Program-made: the position numbers and the translations under genes | Part shown: positions 22,951 through 37,779 of the stretch, piece after piece | Numbering within the stretch: position 1 is the stretch's first letter | Layout: every line of letters starts with the position of its first letter | Source of the DNA: Lama glama | Lineage: Eukaryota | DNA: 64,000 nucleotides | NCBI GenBank assembly: GCA_028534125.1 | Contig: CM052817.1 | Location: 88,476,001-88,540,000, forward strand | Reading direction: 5' to 3' | Notes under the pieces: model-generated | What the model was told of the DNA's origin: nothing | What the model saw: only the letters and a program-made list of their open reading frames with translations | Database searches by the model: none

Positions 22951-25900
22951 AGACAGTAGAAAATTAGATGCCTCCTTTAAGGTACCATATCTGTCCCCAT
23001 TTGTTCTCATTGAGATGCATTTAGAATAAAATTTGTAATTCTTATAATAATCACTTATACAAATTTGTAATATTTGTATACATGTTTGAGTAATTACATA
23101 CTCATAGTTATTATAAAGTTAAATCCAGTAGGAAAAAATGTATTTTACCAAAAATTAGACATGAGTTGTAATTAAGGTATGTTTCTGTTTCAGAGAAGTA
23201 TGATATAGTGGTTGATGTGACTTTCAATCAAACATACTGGAATAAAATTTTGGTGGGAAATTGGAAATGTGATTTAAGGGAAAATTTAAAGCATATGATT
23301 GTCGACTGTTAATGATAAACTTTTTGTTGATTTTTTAAATGAGCGTGATTGGCATTGAACTGCTATGGTGTTTATATTTCCCTGGATACATTTTAAAATT
23401 TGGTGTATCTATTTAAGGCATACATAATTTGCTGTTACAATTACATGGTGTAATGCATATCAAGTGACTAGCACAGACCTTAGACTTAATACACACATAA
23501 AACTAAACTATACATAATTTTAGCTTATGAAAAAGTAAACTATATATAATTTTAAAGGACATATGTATTTCAGTACCATCTAATAATATCACCAAATGCA
23601 TAGTAATTAATCCCTTAATTAACTGGAAATATTTTAGAAATTATATGAAATTGCATGTGTTTAAGAATGATATTCATCTTTAAAATGATATTCATCTTTA
23701 ATCATTTCTATTTAATAACTTTTGAACATAAAAATTATAGATGAATACTGTAGCAAATAACTCTGTCTTGTTCTGTCCAACTCCATATAAGTTACCCTTC
23801 TTAAATAAAGCTCCCTTTCCTTGAACAATTTGTCCTCCCCACCTCCTCCAGAAGTGTCAGGTGGAGCTGTATATTACAACACCCGAGCATGGTGGGGTGA
23901 GGGTGTCTGTCCCTGCTTGACTAATCAGTCTCTATAATACTTTAAGGCCAGGGATGTAAAGATAATCCTAGCTTTATGAACCCAGGTTCCTCCCTAGGAT
24001 TTTTAAAGTGGGGATGGTGAGAAAATGTCCTTTCCTCATTGATAGTGCAGTTAATTAAAGAACCAGTTTCAGAGGGATTCCTAACATGCAGCAGGCGGAA
24101 GTCAAAAAGCAAAGCTGGATGATGCTAAAGGATTCAAATGCAAACTAAGAACCTGAATGAGAGGGACAGGTAGAAATCAGAGTGGCCTTGGGAAATGAAG
24201 GAACTTCATATGGATGACACAATTATGCAAAGAGTAAAAAGGTTAGTGACATTCTCTCCTCACTGTAAGATCGTGTTTGTTGTAGATGCTGTTGTGTGCT
24301 TTGCACTAGGAGTCAGTACCACCTCTGGTCAAAATTGACCTGACTCCTGAAAGAGCGGAACCTGTCCCCAAAAGGTAAATGTAGCCGTGACAGCAGTGAA
24401 GTCAGTATTAGATACTTGGAATATTTCACAATTTACTCACCTTTGAAATGTGAACGTGGCATACAAGGAATAATATTAAATAGGATGAAGTGGTAGCTTA
24501 GCAGCCTACTCCTTGGTATTCAAATGATTAAATAGACTATTTTATTAAATTAGTGTCTAAGAATAGTATGTATACTTAATAGCTAGAAACTGTCAACAGA
24601 CTATAAACAATTATTTACTGAGCAATCAAGCTAACTGTTTCCATATCTTAATTTATAATACCAAGATAGAAATATTTTACAAATAAAAAGCAAAATATAT
24701 GTGAAATGTTGAAATGATCAGAGGAATTGCCATAGGTTACAGTTCACATCAATTTGAAGATCCTACTCATGAGATAAGCATAAATGATATTTCTAAAACT
24801 CAAGATGAAATTCCACAGTATGTGGAGATTTTTGTCTAAGTGGAAATAAAGAGTAAACTAGTTTGGTCAGAATCTTCTAATTCCAATAGAAAAGTATGAT
24901 GGGGTAGAATTTCTCAGTGAAAGAGGTTGATTGAAATATTTTTAGCCTCTATGAGTCCGGAATATATTAAAGAAACTAAGCCAGTGGCTAAGGATACTTA
25001 AGCATACGTAGGGCACTTCAATGAAGTAGTGAATGAAAGTATTACTGTTTACTTATCCATCAATGCCACTTAGCAAGAGGGAGCCCATGAGGTTAGAACT
25101 GTGAGACATTCGTAACTGTCAATTTCAGAGACTACATAATCGGATTAGCAACTGAGGGAGCCTAAAAGAGATGAAAAATGTACCAACAACCCAACCTGAC
25201 TGGACTGTTTTATAGGATCATCCATTTTCACTGCAAACTCACACAGTAGATCTGGTGAATTCACTTATTCAAGGTTGTAACTAAAAAATGTTGCCTTTTA
25301 AACAATCTCAGTGCCACGACTTAATTTTGTCTCATTTTAATCTTTTGCACTGTGGCAGAGTCATATATTTTTTCTAACTTCCTTAGGTTGTTCTGTATAA
25401 GATTTTTTGAGAGTATCTCCAAGTAATCAAATACCAGAAGGGAGAGATGGCCATGTGTCAGAAATTATTTAAGAGAAATTTCACTCAGATGCTAAATTAT
25501 ATTTGGATCTACATGTTCTGAATTACTAAAAGCACTAATACTAAGTCTGATTCTGCTCAGTTATGCTTATAAAATGGGACTTTTAAAATGATACATTCAA
25601 AGAAAAAGTATTTTGGGGGTGAAGTAAAATACTGATTTTCTGGGTTAACACTGATTTTCATAAGAATATTATAAACATAGTAACATTACTGACACACCAT
25701 GTAATTAACGCCATTGTTCTAATTTTTTAAGTATCATTTTATTCTACATTTTACTTATTTGTTTAACTTAAAAATATTACTGATTTAAAATTGATTTAAA
25801 ATATTTTCTTTTTGTCAATTTTGTAGAAAGAAGTATGAACTTATTAACCCATTTTGTATTTACTAAACATTACTGCATTACTGCACATATTCTCTGCAAA

Positions 25901-27555
25901 AATTCCTCTATAAAATTCTTTTAAACATAATCCAATACTCTCCTTGTGTGAGCAATACTACTCAACAATAGAACACCAAAAATGATTTTACCTTTGCCCA
26001 CAGACAGGAGCTGCGTTCTTCTGACTAATCCTAATTGACTAAAATAGAATGCGTCCTAAGTGTTTAAAAACCTCTGCCTAACCTAGCATTCAGATGGAAA
26101 TCATTATCTAGGTTAGGTTGTCAAGAGAAAATAGTAATAAATGTCTCCTTGTTGTGACGTGATCAAATGAGACAAAATATTTCACAATTTGGATGCCAAG
26201 CAATGGCCTTAAATTTGGTGGTAACCTATTCTTCAGAGCTCTGTAATTATCTGGAAATTGTTAGAGTCAACTTGATCAATAAGGAGACTTCTTGCAGAAA
26301 ACCGAGGAAAGATAATGTGAGGAAAAAAATCATCTGGCCAAATTATCATTTGAAATTAAAGTCACCATTGGTCAATTAATCATAAACAAACAAAAGGAAA
26401 TGTTTGTCCAATTGGAAAGGTCAAACATAAGAATGACCCTTGACTGGTAGGATTATGAGTATCCAGAATGGTAGACCATTTAGGTCTAATTTATAAGGAG
26501 AAATTAAAAATAAATACAGGTTAGAAATCCATTTGCTTCCAATATATAGAGCATCTTATTCAGAGGAAAAATAATTTAACAGCCAAATTCTAAAGTCCCT
26601 TCTAGTGTGGTGTTTTATGATTCAAGTTAGAATATTTAAAAGTGCATTAATCTACAGGATAATTTTTCTCATTTACCACTGCAAATCCAGATGAATAAAG
26701 TTCTTTTTCTGCACAGAATCAAGTTAAACAAAGGACAAGCAACTTACTATATAGATGAAAACTACTAAAACTGTCAATCAAGTAAGAAAATTTGCAGCCA
26801 CAATTCCTATGCTGTTCGGAATAGACAGAAATGTGAAATAAAATGTATTGAATTTTCCTGATTAAGCAGAAGCAATGAATAAAAATGCTCCACTTTCTTT
26901 ACCCTTTTTGAGTTATTTCAAAAATCTGTAGAAGTCATGCAAGTTGTTGAAGAACATTATTTCCATCTCCACAAATTTTATTCTTAAATTTTAATACTAA
27001 TATGGGACAGTGTTTTTTAAAAGGAATGATTTGACAGATAGTTTTGCTTAACCTGAAGCAAAAATTTAGGCTGTGAATTTTTACTGGGAATAATATGAAG
27101 TACTTAGGACCTGAATTAAAATTTTAAATATCGGCCCCTTATAACTAAACATTTGCCATTTTTTTATCATATCTCTGAAAATAATACAGTTCAAGTACTC
27201 TTCATATTGTATTGTGTTTTGCAATATTCCTTATCATTTTGCTTAAAAATATAATATCCTGAATACAGTATCTGGAACAACAATGGCGATGTTCTTGTGA
27301 GATACAGAAAAAAATCTTAATAAAAAAAGGGATAAGATATTTGCCATTGCTAAAGAAACATTTATCTTTAGAACTTGATCTGACTAATAACCCCCACTAT
27401 ATGGAGGAACTGATTATCATACAAAGCGTAAGAATTCACTATAATCCTACATGTTAAAATTCTACTAAGAGCGTCGTAGGGGTGGAGAATCTTGGATATA
27501 CAGCTACAAAGTTACCGCGAGTTTGCAGTCATGGTTACTGTAATTGAAAGAAAAA

Positions 27556-27934
27556 TGTATCTGAGTGTGCTAGGGCTGCCGTAACAAAGTACAACAGACT
27601 GGGTGGCTTCAACAACAGGACATGATTTCCTTACAGTTCTCGAGCCTAGAAAGCCTAAATCAAAGTGTCAGCAGTTCTGGCTTCTCCTGAATCCTCTCTT
27701 CTTGACTTGCAGATGGCTGCCTTCTCCGTGTCCTCACACGGCCTCCTTCTGGGCAAGGGTATCCCTAGAATCTCCCTGTGTGCTCTATCTTCTTCTCATA
27801 AAGACACCACCCTACTGACCTCAATTAACCCAACCACCTCTTTGAATCCCTCTCTCTAAATAAAATCACTTTCCTAGGTAGTGGAGGTTAGGGCTTTACC
27901 ATGAATTTTGAGGGACATCATTCAGCCTTTCACA
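27556..27934 (-). mobile_element. MaLR (MLT1-type) solo LTR
   Basis: CTAGGGCTGCCGTAACAAAGTAC.ACAGACTGGGTGGCTT..ACAACAG and GGGACA..ATTCAGCC...ACA signature ends. Confidence 0.85.
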
Positions 27935-29929
27935 ATATCCAGTGTTGTTCATATTAAGGAAATGGAAATCACCCCAACTGTTTTCTTACATATATCTTAT
28001 GACCTGTGAGAACAGAGGGGAAATAGGATGTTCTGGAAATATCTGCAAGTATCTTCAAAGGGTATCTAAATTACTATAAATTTTGTCTTAAAACATCTGA
28101 ACTTTTGCTTATGTATATTATTTTCATAGTAGACAGTGAAAAGAACATCAGAAGAGGCGGATCAAGTCTTGTGATAAGCAGTGACAGCAGAACAATTCCC
28201 GAGTCGTTCCAAAAGATGAGTGAGTCTGCAGCTCTCTGAACATTACAGTTCTGAGGTCTACTGAATCTCCATCTATCAAATACAATCTATAAAGTTATTT
28301 TAATAATGATTGAGAGATACAATATACATAGTTCTAGTTCTGAAAATTAGGGATAAAACGGTGCAGGTATTGGCACAGGAGACCAATTAGAACCATTCTA
28401 TCTGTCAAAGAACGTTCCACAATATTGGGAATTTCACCACAGTAGATGAGGAGGCACCTCCGTGATGCAAAATCTCTTACTGAGGGTAAGAGATGCAACT
28501 AGGCTTATCAGAGTAAATTCAGATGTCCTGAAAGCATTGCAAACAGAAAAGTTTGGGCAAGAGAATCCAAAGTCAATTTATTGTCCTCAACAATTGCATG
28601 TATTTTGTGGTTCTTGTTACCATCTACTTATATTCTCTATATGCTAATTCCTCTATCTGTGTAGAAGAAATGTAAATGTCTATGTGGAAATCTAAGCTAC
28701 AAAGTTGACAGGAATTTTGCAGTCAGTTGACTTTTATGCATTAAAAAGGAAGTATGAGGGTTACAGAAGTTCTTCACACCCTTATAGTTGAAAATTTAGA
28801 AGTCAGGGCTCTGAGTTAACATAAGCCCTTCTTATTTGCTTTAAATTTGATTTAAATGATACATTTATAGATTTATTTATATGTATTTAAATTAGATGGA
28901 CTTCAAAAGTTATATAGAAATTGTTTAGTGTTATAGAGGGTCTTAGTAGTTGATTCAAAATAACATGAAATATAATTAAAATGTTATGTAATACCTTGAG
29001 CAAAATAGTCCATAATGGTACAAACTAACATTACTACAATCACTATTATTTTTCTGAAAAAGTGATTTTTTTTTCCCTTCAAGATACAGAAACTAAAGCA
29101 TGAGAAGGGATTTGTTTTTATGACAAAGCAAAAAGATAAAAAATAAAAGCAATTTTAGAAGACTATGTAGGTTATTTAAAATCAGGAAAAAATATTTACT
29201 CATAAAATATATTTAATAAATGTTAATACATGCATTTAATACATTTATTATAGCAGCTTTATGACCTAATTTTTGCAAACTGAAACTATATAACCACACT
29301 TCTCTGAGAGGATATTGTCAGAAAAATTTAACATACTGTAAAAATATTTTAAGATGGAATACTATATACTTAATGTTTAGGGTTAATGTAGGTATTCACA
29401 ATTATCAAGCTAATACACAGAATATTTAAGAAAACCTCCACAAGCAATAGAATGCCTTCTGCCATACTACATCTTGCACATTTCAGAACTGAGTAAAACA
29501 TTGTTTCTTCTTTATTTATAGCCTTATAAAATGAAAAGAATATAAAGCATTCACTAAATGTATATTTATATATACTTTTACTTTCTTACAGGAACTGAAG
29601 AATATCACTTCTGTTTCTTTTTCAAATGTCTAAATCTCTGCATAAATTTCTTAAAGAGAAAGTGCAACAAAATTCACGATGCAGAGAAACTGTGATTTAA
29701 TTTTGCATTAGTTTCTTGTGTGTGGAAGGGAGAGAGAAAGCATAGGTATAGAGTTAGGCAGACACATAGCTGGATGGAGTTCAGATTTAAGAAAAATATG
29801 CCTGCCTAACAAAGAAGATTAGTCCTTTTAAAGCAGTGAGTTAATGTCAGTTTATTACATGCATGATTTCAGAAAAAGTTTATAAGTAATTTGATTTTAA
29901 AACTTAAATGCAGAACTTGTTATGCTATA

Positions 29930-30507
29930 TGTATCAGATATCTGCTATAGCAATAAAGCTGCATGATAAAGGACTACGAAATCTCAGAGGCCTATGGTAC
30001 TAAGCACTTATTAATTCATAAGTCTCATTGATCTGGGCTTAATTGATCAGGCTGGGCCCACTCATTTATCTGTGGTCAAGTATGGGTCATCTAGGCAGCT
30101 CTAGTGACTATGAGCAGGTTTGTTCACTTTGGGGAGCATCTCTAGCATGGCAGACTAAGACACTCCTGCCTGGAATGACTAGGGGAGCCCAGCACCCTGT
30201 CACATACTCTCCCTGACCTGCAGGTCAGGAGGTACAAGGTTGCATCACAACTACAGAAAAACAAGAGTAAACAAACCCAATCAGGAAGGTGTTTTTGAAA
30301 AATCTATTTACATCACATAGATTAATATCTTATGAGCTAAAATAAGTCTCAAGAATTAATTCAAAATTAAGCAGCAGGAAAACGTATTTAACTTTTTTTT
30401 TTTTTTTTTGCTTTGTTTTTGGTAAAGAACAGTATCACCATATGACAAAGGGCATGGATAGGTCCTGGGGTCAAGAATAGGATCAGTAATGTAATCAACC
30501 TACCACA
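29930..30507 (-). mobile_element. Old MaLR (MLT1-type) LTR
   Basis: TGTATCAG.TATCT...GCTGCAT..AAATCTCAG.GGC start and ATCAACCTACCACA end. Confidence 0.6.
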
Positions 30508-31151
30508 CCATATTAATCTGATAATTTGGAGTTTTTTGGAATGAAAAAAACATGAAAATGGTATCTACTAGCTTTCATACAGTCAACCCACTAGATTCTT
30601 TACAAAGGAAAAATAAGTGAGTACTAAGTATGTTTATCTACAATAGAAATTCAGTTATCTAATACAGAGTAAATATATTGTAGGGACAAGATTCCTGTTT
30701 CTTATTTAGTCTTTAAAGAAATATAATTTTTGAATGGCTAAAGCCCACTATGAAGATGAAAAGAAAAATACAAAAAATATTAAAAATTTCCTCAAGTTCA
30801 GCCACTGTAAAATGATGGTATTTAACATTTCATAAAAAAATATAAATCTTTACCTATGCTGCTGGCAATAGTAGGTAAATGGATAGATGAATAAATGGAA
30901 GGAAATAAAAATAAGGTCTTTTCTAAATTTGGAATCACAGTATGGTACTGTACTATATAGTATACACACTATGTCTTTTAAAACTAGTTATATTTGCATT
31001 TAGTAAAAAGAAAAATATATTTATATCATGTTCTAAATTACCTTGCTATAAAGTTTTCTTTACTATAATTTCCCTTTGAGGATTACTTACAGCTTACATA
31101 AAAATGGAGATATATACATGAATAAATATGGAAATACATAGATGGTAATGT

Positions 31152-31386
31152 ATTTTTTCAGACTTCGTTTTTTTAAGAACTGTTTTAAGACAAAATTGAG
31201 AGGTTCAGAGACTTCCCATATATTATCCTCTGCTCCCACCCATGCATAGCCTCCCCACTATCAACATTGCTTCCAAGGTGGTAAAATTTCTACCAAGAAT
31301 GGACTAATATATTATTGACTCATCATAACCATCCAGAGTCCATAGTTTAGCTTAAGAGTCACTCTTGATGTTATACATTCTATGGT
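31152..31386 (-). mobile_element. Old L1 (L1MC-like) 3'-end fragment
   Basis: GCATAGCCTCCCCACTATCAACAT and AGTCCATAGTTTA...CACTCTTG.TGTT.TACATTCTATGG motifs. Confidence 0.7.
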
Positions 31387-33274
31387 GAATAGTTGGATTT
31401 TCTATTTAGCTTTTGCATAGATTAGTCATACTTTAATTAGGGTATTAGAATATCCGTGTGTATAATGAGCATATTTTGATTGTTTATCCTGAAATCTCAT
31501 GAATTGGAGTACTTTTATTTTGTGTATTCTAATTCACTACACCATTATCTGTAAATGATTTAGACTGTCAAAATTGTGTAAAAGACATCATTTTTTAGCC
31601 AGAGAGTGGAAATGAATTAATATATTTTATAATATGATGAACTGCTACTTTCCTACCATAAAAGTTGTTTTATAATATGATGAATAATTGCTACTTTCCT
31701 ACCATGAAAGTTATACTTTTGCATATATGGTTTTATTTTAAATCTGGACTATTGGTTTATATTATAAATTTCAAATTACATTTTTTAAATAAAAATACAC
31801 CTTCAGTTCACTACTTAGCAACAAATGTCTTGATTACTCAGCAATGGTCAGAATAAGGCAATTGGATTCCTTTAGGATAGTTACATTAAACTCTCATTTT
31901 GCTTTCTCAAATATTCCATTATTGGAATTGAGGAATGACAAAGTATTTTTCTACTCAACAAAATACATTTTGTAGGACATATTGATTAAACTAGAGGTTT
32001 TATCTAACATTTAAAATGATAGATGAAATGCTAATAGAACCATTATTTAATCATTTGAACTTCTAGTTTGTAAAAAAAAAAAAAAAAAAAGTTTGAGACC
32101 AAGAAATGTTCATTTAAGATGGTAACACTAGATTCCTAAAAACAAAAGGATCACAAATAGTAAAGAAAGCAGACATATGAAATGGTATTATACAGTCTCT
32201 AAAAAGGCAGTGGAAACAACTACCTACTAGAGAACTGAGTGAAATACTCAAGTTTCTTGTGTGGTATTTGTTGAAAGTAGTGAGGGTGGGAACGTCAAGA
32301 AATTTGGAAGCGAGAATCCAAATATTTAACTTTTAAGCTAATATTTTAAATAAAAATAAGGGTTTGCCAGACAGTCAAGGACTGTACCCATATGTAAGTA
32401 TATATATAAATGTATGTATTAAGGGATGTGGATTTTGTGATCCTTTTGAGAGAAATATAAAATTAGGTTTGGATGAGAAAATATATCGGTACCTAATGAT
32501 TGATAGTCTGAATAATTTAGAGGCTTAATCTTTGGGAATTCAGTCCATAATATTACAAGAGAATTTAGTCAGGCTTAACCCCAGTAATGATAATTAATCA
32601 TTAATTAGTAGAACCAGAGAGGTAATGGCTCACAGCTCATTATAAATTTAATGCCAGGACATTGCTGATCCCGGGGCTTGGGGTAAAGATACGGCACAGG
32701 GAAGAGATGAGTCCACAGGTGACGCTGGGTCAGTTACTTTGGAGATTGCACTGCTGCAGAGGGGAAGACTCGCGCAGGTTCGTATTTAACATTTATGAGT
32801 AAATAATACATTTACACTGAGTAAATATTAGATATTTGATTTTACTCAGCCAACTGGAAAAGTGCTATTAGAAAGAGCAGAGTTTAAACATTAATATTAA
32901 TTTATAAACATGATACCTAAAAAGGCTCTGCTTTCGAATAGCAGGCCTTACATATGGCAAGAATAAAGTTATAGTTCATAACATGTTTATTTTATGACTA
33001 CAATTTCTTGAGAACTGCAAGAAAGGCTATTAGAAATAGCTAAGGACAAATAATTTATCTAGAGCTTATATGCCAGGTACTGAGCTAGACAGCTGTATAG
33101 TTAATAACTATATTGTTGCAGATGTGAAAATTGAATTGGAAAAGGTTAGTAACTCACCAATATCACACAGTTATTTTGGCATCAATGGGAATCTCTTCTT
33201 GAGAGTTCAACCTTCACATATTATGACAAAGCAAAAGTGTCTATGTGATATTAACACAATAAAAGCTAGTTCAC

Positions 33275-33681
33275 TGGAGTACATTAAACATGGCCACAAT
33301 TTATTTGCAGGTCTACCCACAAATAGATGAAATCTGTTTCCCAGCTTTTTAAACCTGGCCTGTCATTATAACTTGCTTTGCCCAATAATGACAAACAAAT
33401 GACACTACGTAAGTTTTAGAGCCTGGGTCTCAAAAAGCTTCACAGCTATGCCTTGTATCCATTTGCAGCACTGCCCTTGTCCATTTCACCATGAAGAAAC
33501 AAGGATAAAAGACCTTAGAGAAAGAGACCCAGACACACAGGCCCCTCCAGGTAAAGCCTGCTCCCAGGCTAATCGAAAGCAGGAAATACATCACTCAACA
33601 AACCCTCAGAATCATAAGAAATAATCATTACAGAGCCAAAATTTGGGGAAAGTTTGTTAGCAGCTATTGATAACTGAAACA
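33275..33681 (+). mobile_element. Old MaLR (MLT1-type) LTR
   Basis: ATGGCCACAA start region; 3' end TTTGTTA.CAGC.AT.GATAACTGAAACA. Confidence 0.7.
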
Positions 33682-36600
33682 GGCATGATTTCAATAGAGA
33701 CAGAGTTCCATCTTGTAATTCTACTTCCACTTCTTTATCTGTATTTATTTACTTGCTAGAAGTAACTACTTCAGGGTGATTGAGGGAGTTAATATAAAAG
33801 AGGAGATACTTGATCCTACCTTCACTTCTACAGTAACTCAGTGTGTGGGATTATTAAGAATTAAATATCAGCAATTTGTGGTTTTGCTTTCAGCAGACTA
33901 AATATGTGGCAATTTTGAAAAAGAGAAGCAAGTATATCTGTCTATATCTATACATATTATATATATGCAATTTCACAATTGAAATTTTTTGCAAACTATT
34001 ATTACATGGGGATAATGTAGAGAAATATTCTTTATATAAAATTTTTAAAGTATTCTTAGTACTTAAGGCTAGTAAACTGTTAAAATTACATTCTAAACTA
34101 GTTGTAAAGAATTTAAGAATCTCCATTTTATTTTAGATTGTGCTAATAGTCTAGATCAGTTTAGTCTGAATTATATCAAAATGATTTACTCATGATGTAT
34201 AAGAAATAAAAAAATAGAAATAACTGATTTATAGGAAAGATTATTAAAGAATCAAAAATCATTGTATCACATCATTACAGACCCCCATGTTTTATTTATT
34301 CTCGACTCACTTGACGTTACTTAGAAAATGTCAATTAAAATATTGAAAATGGTTAAAATAATTTTATAACCAAAAGTAATTATTTAGAGTTCATGTAAAA
34401 AATACTTACTAACAGCTTGGAATATCACCTATGTTTACTTATCAAAGCTACCAGAATGAAGCCATTTCAGAACAATGTTGAAATTTATATTTTCCAATGA
34501 GTTGACTAAAATACAGAACAATATTTTAATTACTTACACTATTAAAATGATGTCTATCATTGTGTTTGGAAGTTAGTGCAGAAGAAGAACGTCTTAGTAA
34601 TGACAGTTAAATAGTTAATTAAGTCATACTAATGAGCTAACATCTAATGTGCTTGCTGTAATTTTACTAAGTGGTACATCTGTTTAAATTAATTTCTCTT
34701 AAGAGAAACTCTGTTTTCCTCTAGAAAAATAAGAGAAAAAGGAAATCTTATTTCAACATGGCATAACATTTGCTTTATGTTTCTAATTCTGTATATATAT
34801 ATAAATAATCCTGTATGTGTGTGTATATATAATCCTGCATATATCTTGTATGTTATGTTATATAATATCTACAGATAAATTAGTGGTCAGTCTAAAGAGA
34901 ACTGAGCCTTGGAGTGTACCAAGTGTTTGATTCTTGACATGAAAAAATAGATTCTAAATAGGAGGAAAAGAAATAAATATTGGCAAATTAGAAAATAAGC
35001 AATGGGGCCAAATTTTGCAAGATAATAAAAGTCAGTTGAATGTTAAATCTATCAATATTTGTGAAGTGCTTACAACAGTTCCTGATACATATGGAGTGAT
35101 ATATACATATTTGTTCAATAATTTCAGAACAATAAATACAATTAATGGGAAATGAAATGATTAAAAAAGCTATTCTTGCAGTTATGTGTAAGGAAGATTA
35201 AGCAAGAGACTGTAAGCACAGTGACTTTTGTATAACCCATCCATGAGGTAAAATAGAATATATTCAATCAGATAATAGTCAACCATATACTGTCCCTTAT
35301 TATAAAAAACTACCTCAAAGTTCAACTAGAATTGTTTAGAATGCACTAATCTGGTGAATTTGCTTTTAACTAAAACAATTCTAATAAAGAATGGAGTAAA
35401 GAATGAATTTTTAATTATAAAAAGAAAATTGGACAATAAGGTGAAAATACTAGATTATGGAATAAGTCACTAAAGTTAAGATAATATTAAATATAATTGA
35501 TCTGTTCACTATGGTGCCAATAGCTGTAAAATGCCAAGAGAGGGACAACAACCTGCTTATTAAAAGGTGAAGAAATTAGAGGGTAAAAGCTGGAAAAAGT
35601 TAAGCGATCTATGACAATTGTGCTATTACTTGAAAATCTTGTTTCATGATTTAAAATCACATAACAGAAAGCACAGATGGAAGCAATGGTAACATGCAAA
35701 ATTTTCCACTTGAAACAGATGAAGTTTAATGATCATATTGAACTTCTAATGAGTACAAACATGCTCTCTAACCAGCAGAGGCAGCCCGCTAGCCTCAGTG
35801 ATAAATGCTCTGATTTTGTGTGTCATTGCATCTCATTTCAAATGTTGGCGGGATGTTAATAATTTGATAATAAATGAAAACCTCTTTAAGCTTGTTGGAT
35901 GAAATTGGTAAGCAGCAATTGGTAATCTTCTGTATTTATTTTATTTCATTCCATTTATAGTTGCACTTGCCATCAAAAAGGGAGTAAACCAATGATATTT
36001 GGGCAGACCTGCCAGCATTACCTCAAAAATATTAGAAGCCACTAATCAAATGAGAATTTTGTTTAAATGTTGCTGTTTCAAAAAAATACATTTGTATCTA
36101 AAACACTTTCAGACAGTAAAGTCAAGCCAAACCTATTGGCAATGTTAAGACAAAAGTGAATCTAACCAATACATAAATCTGAGGCACATGGTATAACTTT
36201 TAGTAAAAATAGTCTTTGAAATATGCTTCTAGCTGGATAAAATGGATGCAATAATATAGAGGATGTCAAACTATTCAACATTTTTCCAAGATACAAAACT
36301 TATTATGGAAATAGCATGTCATAAAACAAGGCACTTGAGTCAGTATAAATTATGAATACTAAATATTAACCTAAATTACAGTTCTTATGATCTGTTAGAG
36401 GCTATGTTCTGTCTTCCTGAAATGTATTGCTTCTACCGCTCTTTTACTTGGAACCAATTTGAATAAAAACACATTGTGCTTAATTGAGCAGCTAATTTTA
36501 TGAAAATGACTGTCAGTCAAGCAATAGCAAATGGGCTATTTTCAAAATAAACAATGGTTTAGTGAATTTGACTTTTTTCCCCACTACAGCTTATATGTTG

Positions 36601-37779
36601 ACAATTCCATAATTGCTCTTCTTGCTACATGTATAAAACGCAATCCCTATGTCATGAGTATTAGAATAAAAGCTCAATGTTTCTTGCTACTGAAGTATAC
36701 TCAATGAATAGTAAAGTACTTTGCAAATAGCATTCAGCTCAAAATAGATACTTTTATAAGAGCTACCCATTTGTACCAATTACCATTTGTACCAAGTACA
36801 ATATTTTCAACATTTATTGCTAGGATTTTATTTCCTTGGAGAACTACAGATTTATTAAAATTCTAAGAAATGTCCATTCTATCCCAACAAATAAAAACCA
36901 CAAAAATATTAAAATATATATTCCTCTAATTCTTGGACCTAAATAGCTATTGTTGACAGAAATTTCACAAAGTGTATTTGGTCTCTTCCACCCAATATAT
37001 ATTCCATGGGATTCCTCTAAATATGTGCTGAAAAGCACACTCTATTTTTTCTTACTCCATCTGGCATTAAGAGCACTCATGTACAATTCTAACATTTGAG
37101 AACCTTGAGCTGTTTTCAGTGTAGCACATGAGGCTCTTTGTGATACGCTCACATGTGCTCTCCAGCATCACATCCCACCACTCTTTATATGTACTTCTAA
37201 CATAATGACTTAGTATGTAGGTAGAAAACTACTTTTACTTCTCTAAATACATCATATTACCTAGCACCTTAATGTTTCACATATGCACGCACTTTGTCTA
37301 AAGTGTCTGTTTGTGGTGCAGCCATTGAAAGAGGCTTTGTGAATTGAATGGCAGTGGAGAGATCCTGGAGCAGTGGGGGTCACAACATAGCAAATGGCCA
37401 CCAGACAAATGAGTAACATGGTTATCATGATGGTTATCAGCCTGAACAAGTCATCAGGATGGTTTGAAACAAATAAGATCTTTGGCAGTTGCCAAATGAT
37501 CCTGAAAGTGAAATAAATTGGCCAACTTGTGAAATTTTACTTGATTTGTTTGTGGGGGAAAAGAAAATTCCTATGTATTGTGAACAGAAGCTTCATGAAT
37601 CAAACCATAAATTTTTTGTGTACACTAGAGTGTATACAAAGTCATCAAATAAAAATAGCATATCTTAGATCAGTACTGAAAGTTTGCAAAGGCACAAATG
37701 AATTCTAAGGTAAATTTCTCATAATCCTCTAATGTAACTCCAGCTACAACTGACCTTCTTTGCAACTTGTGTGTATAAT

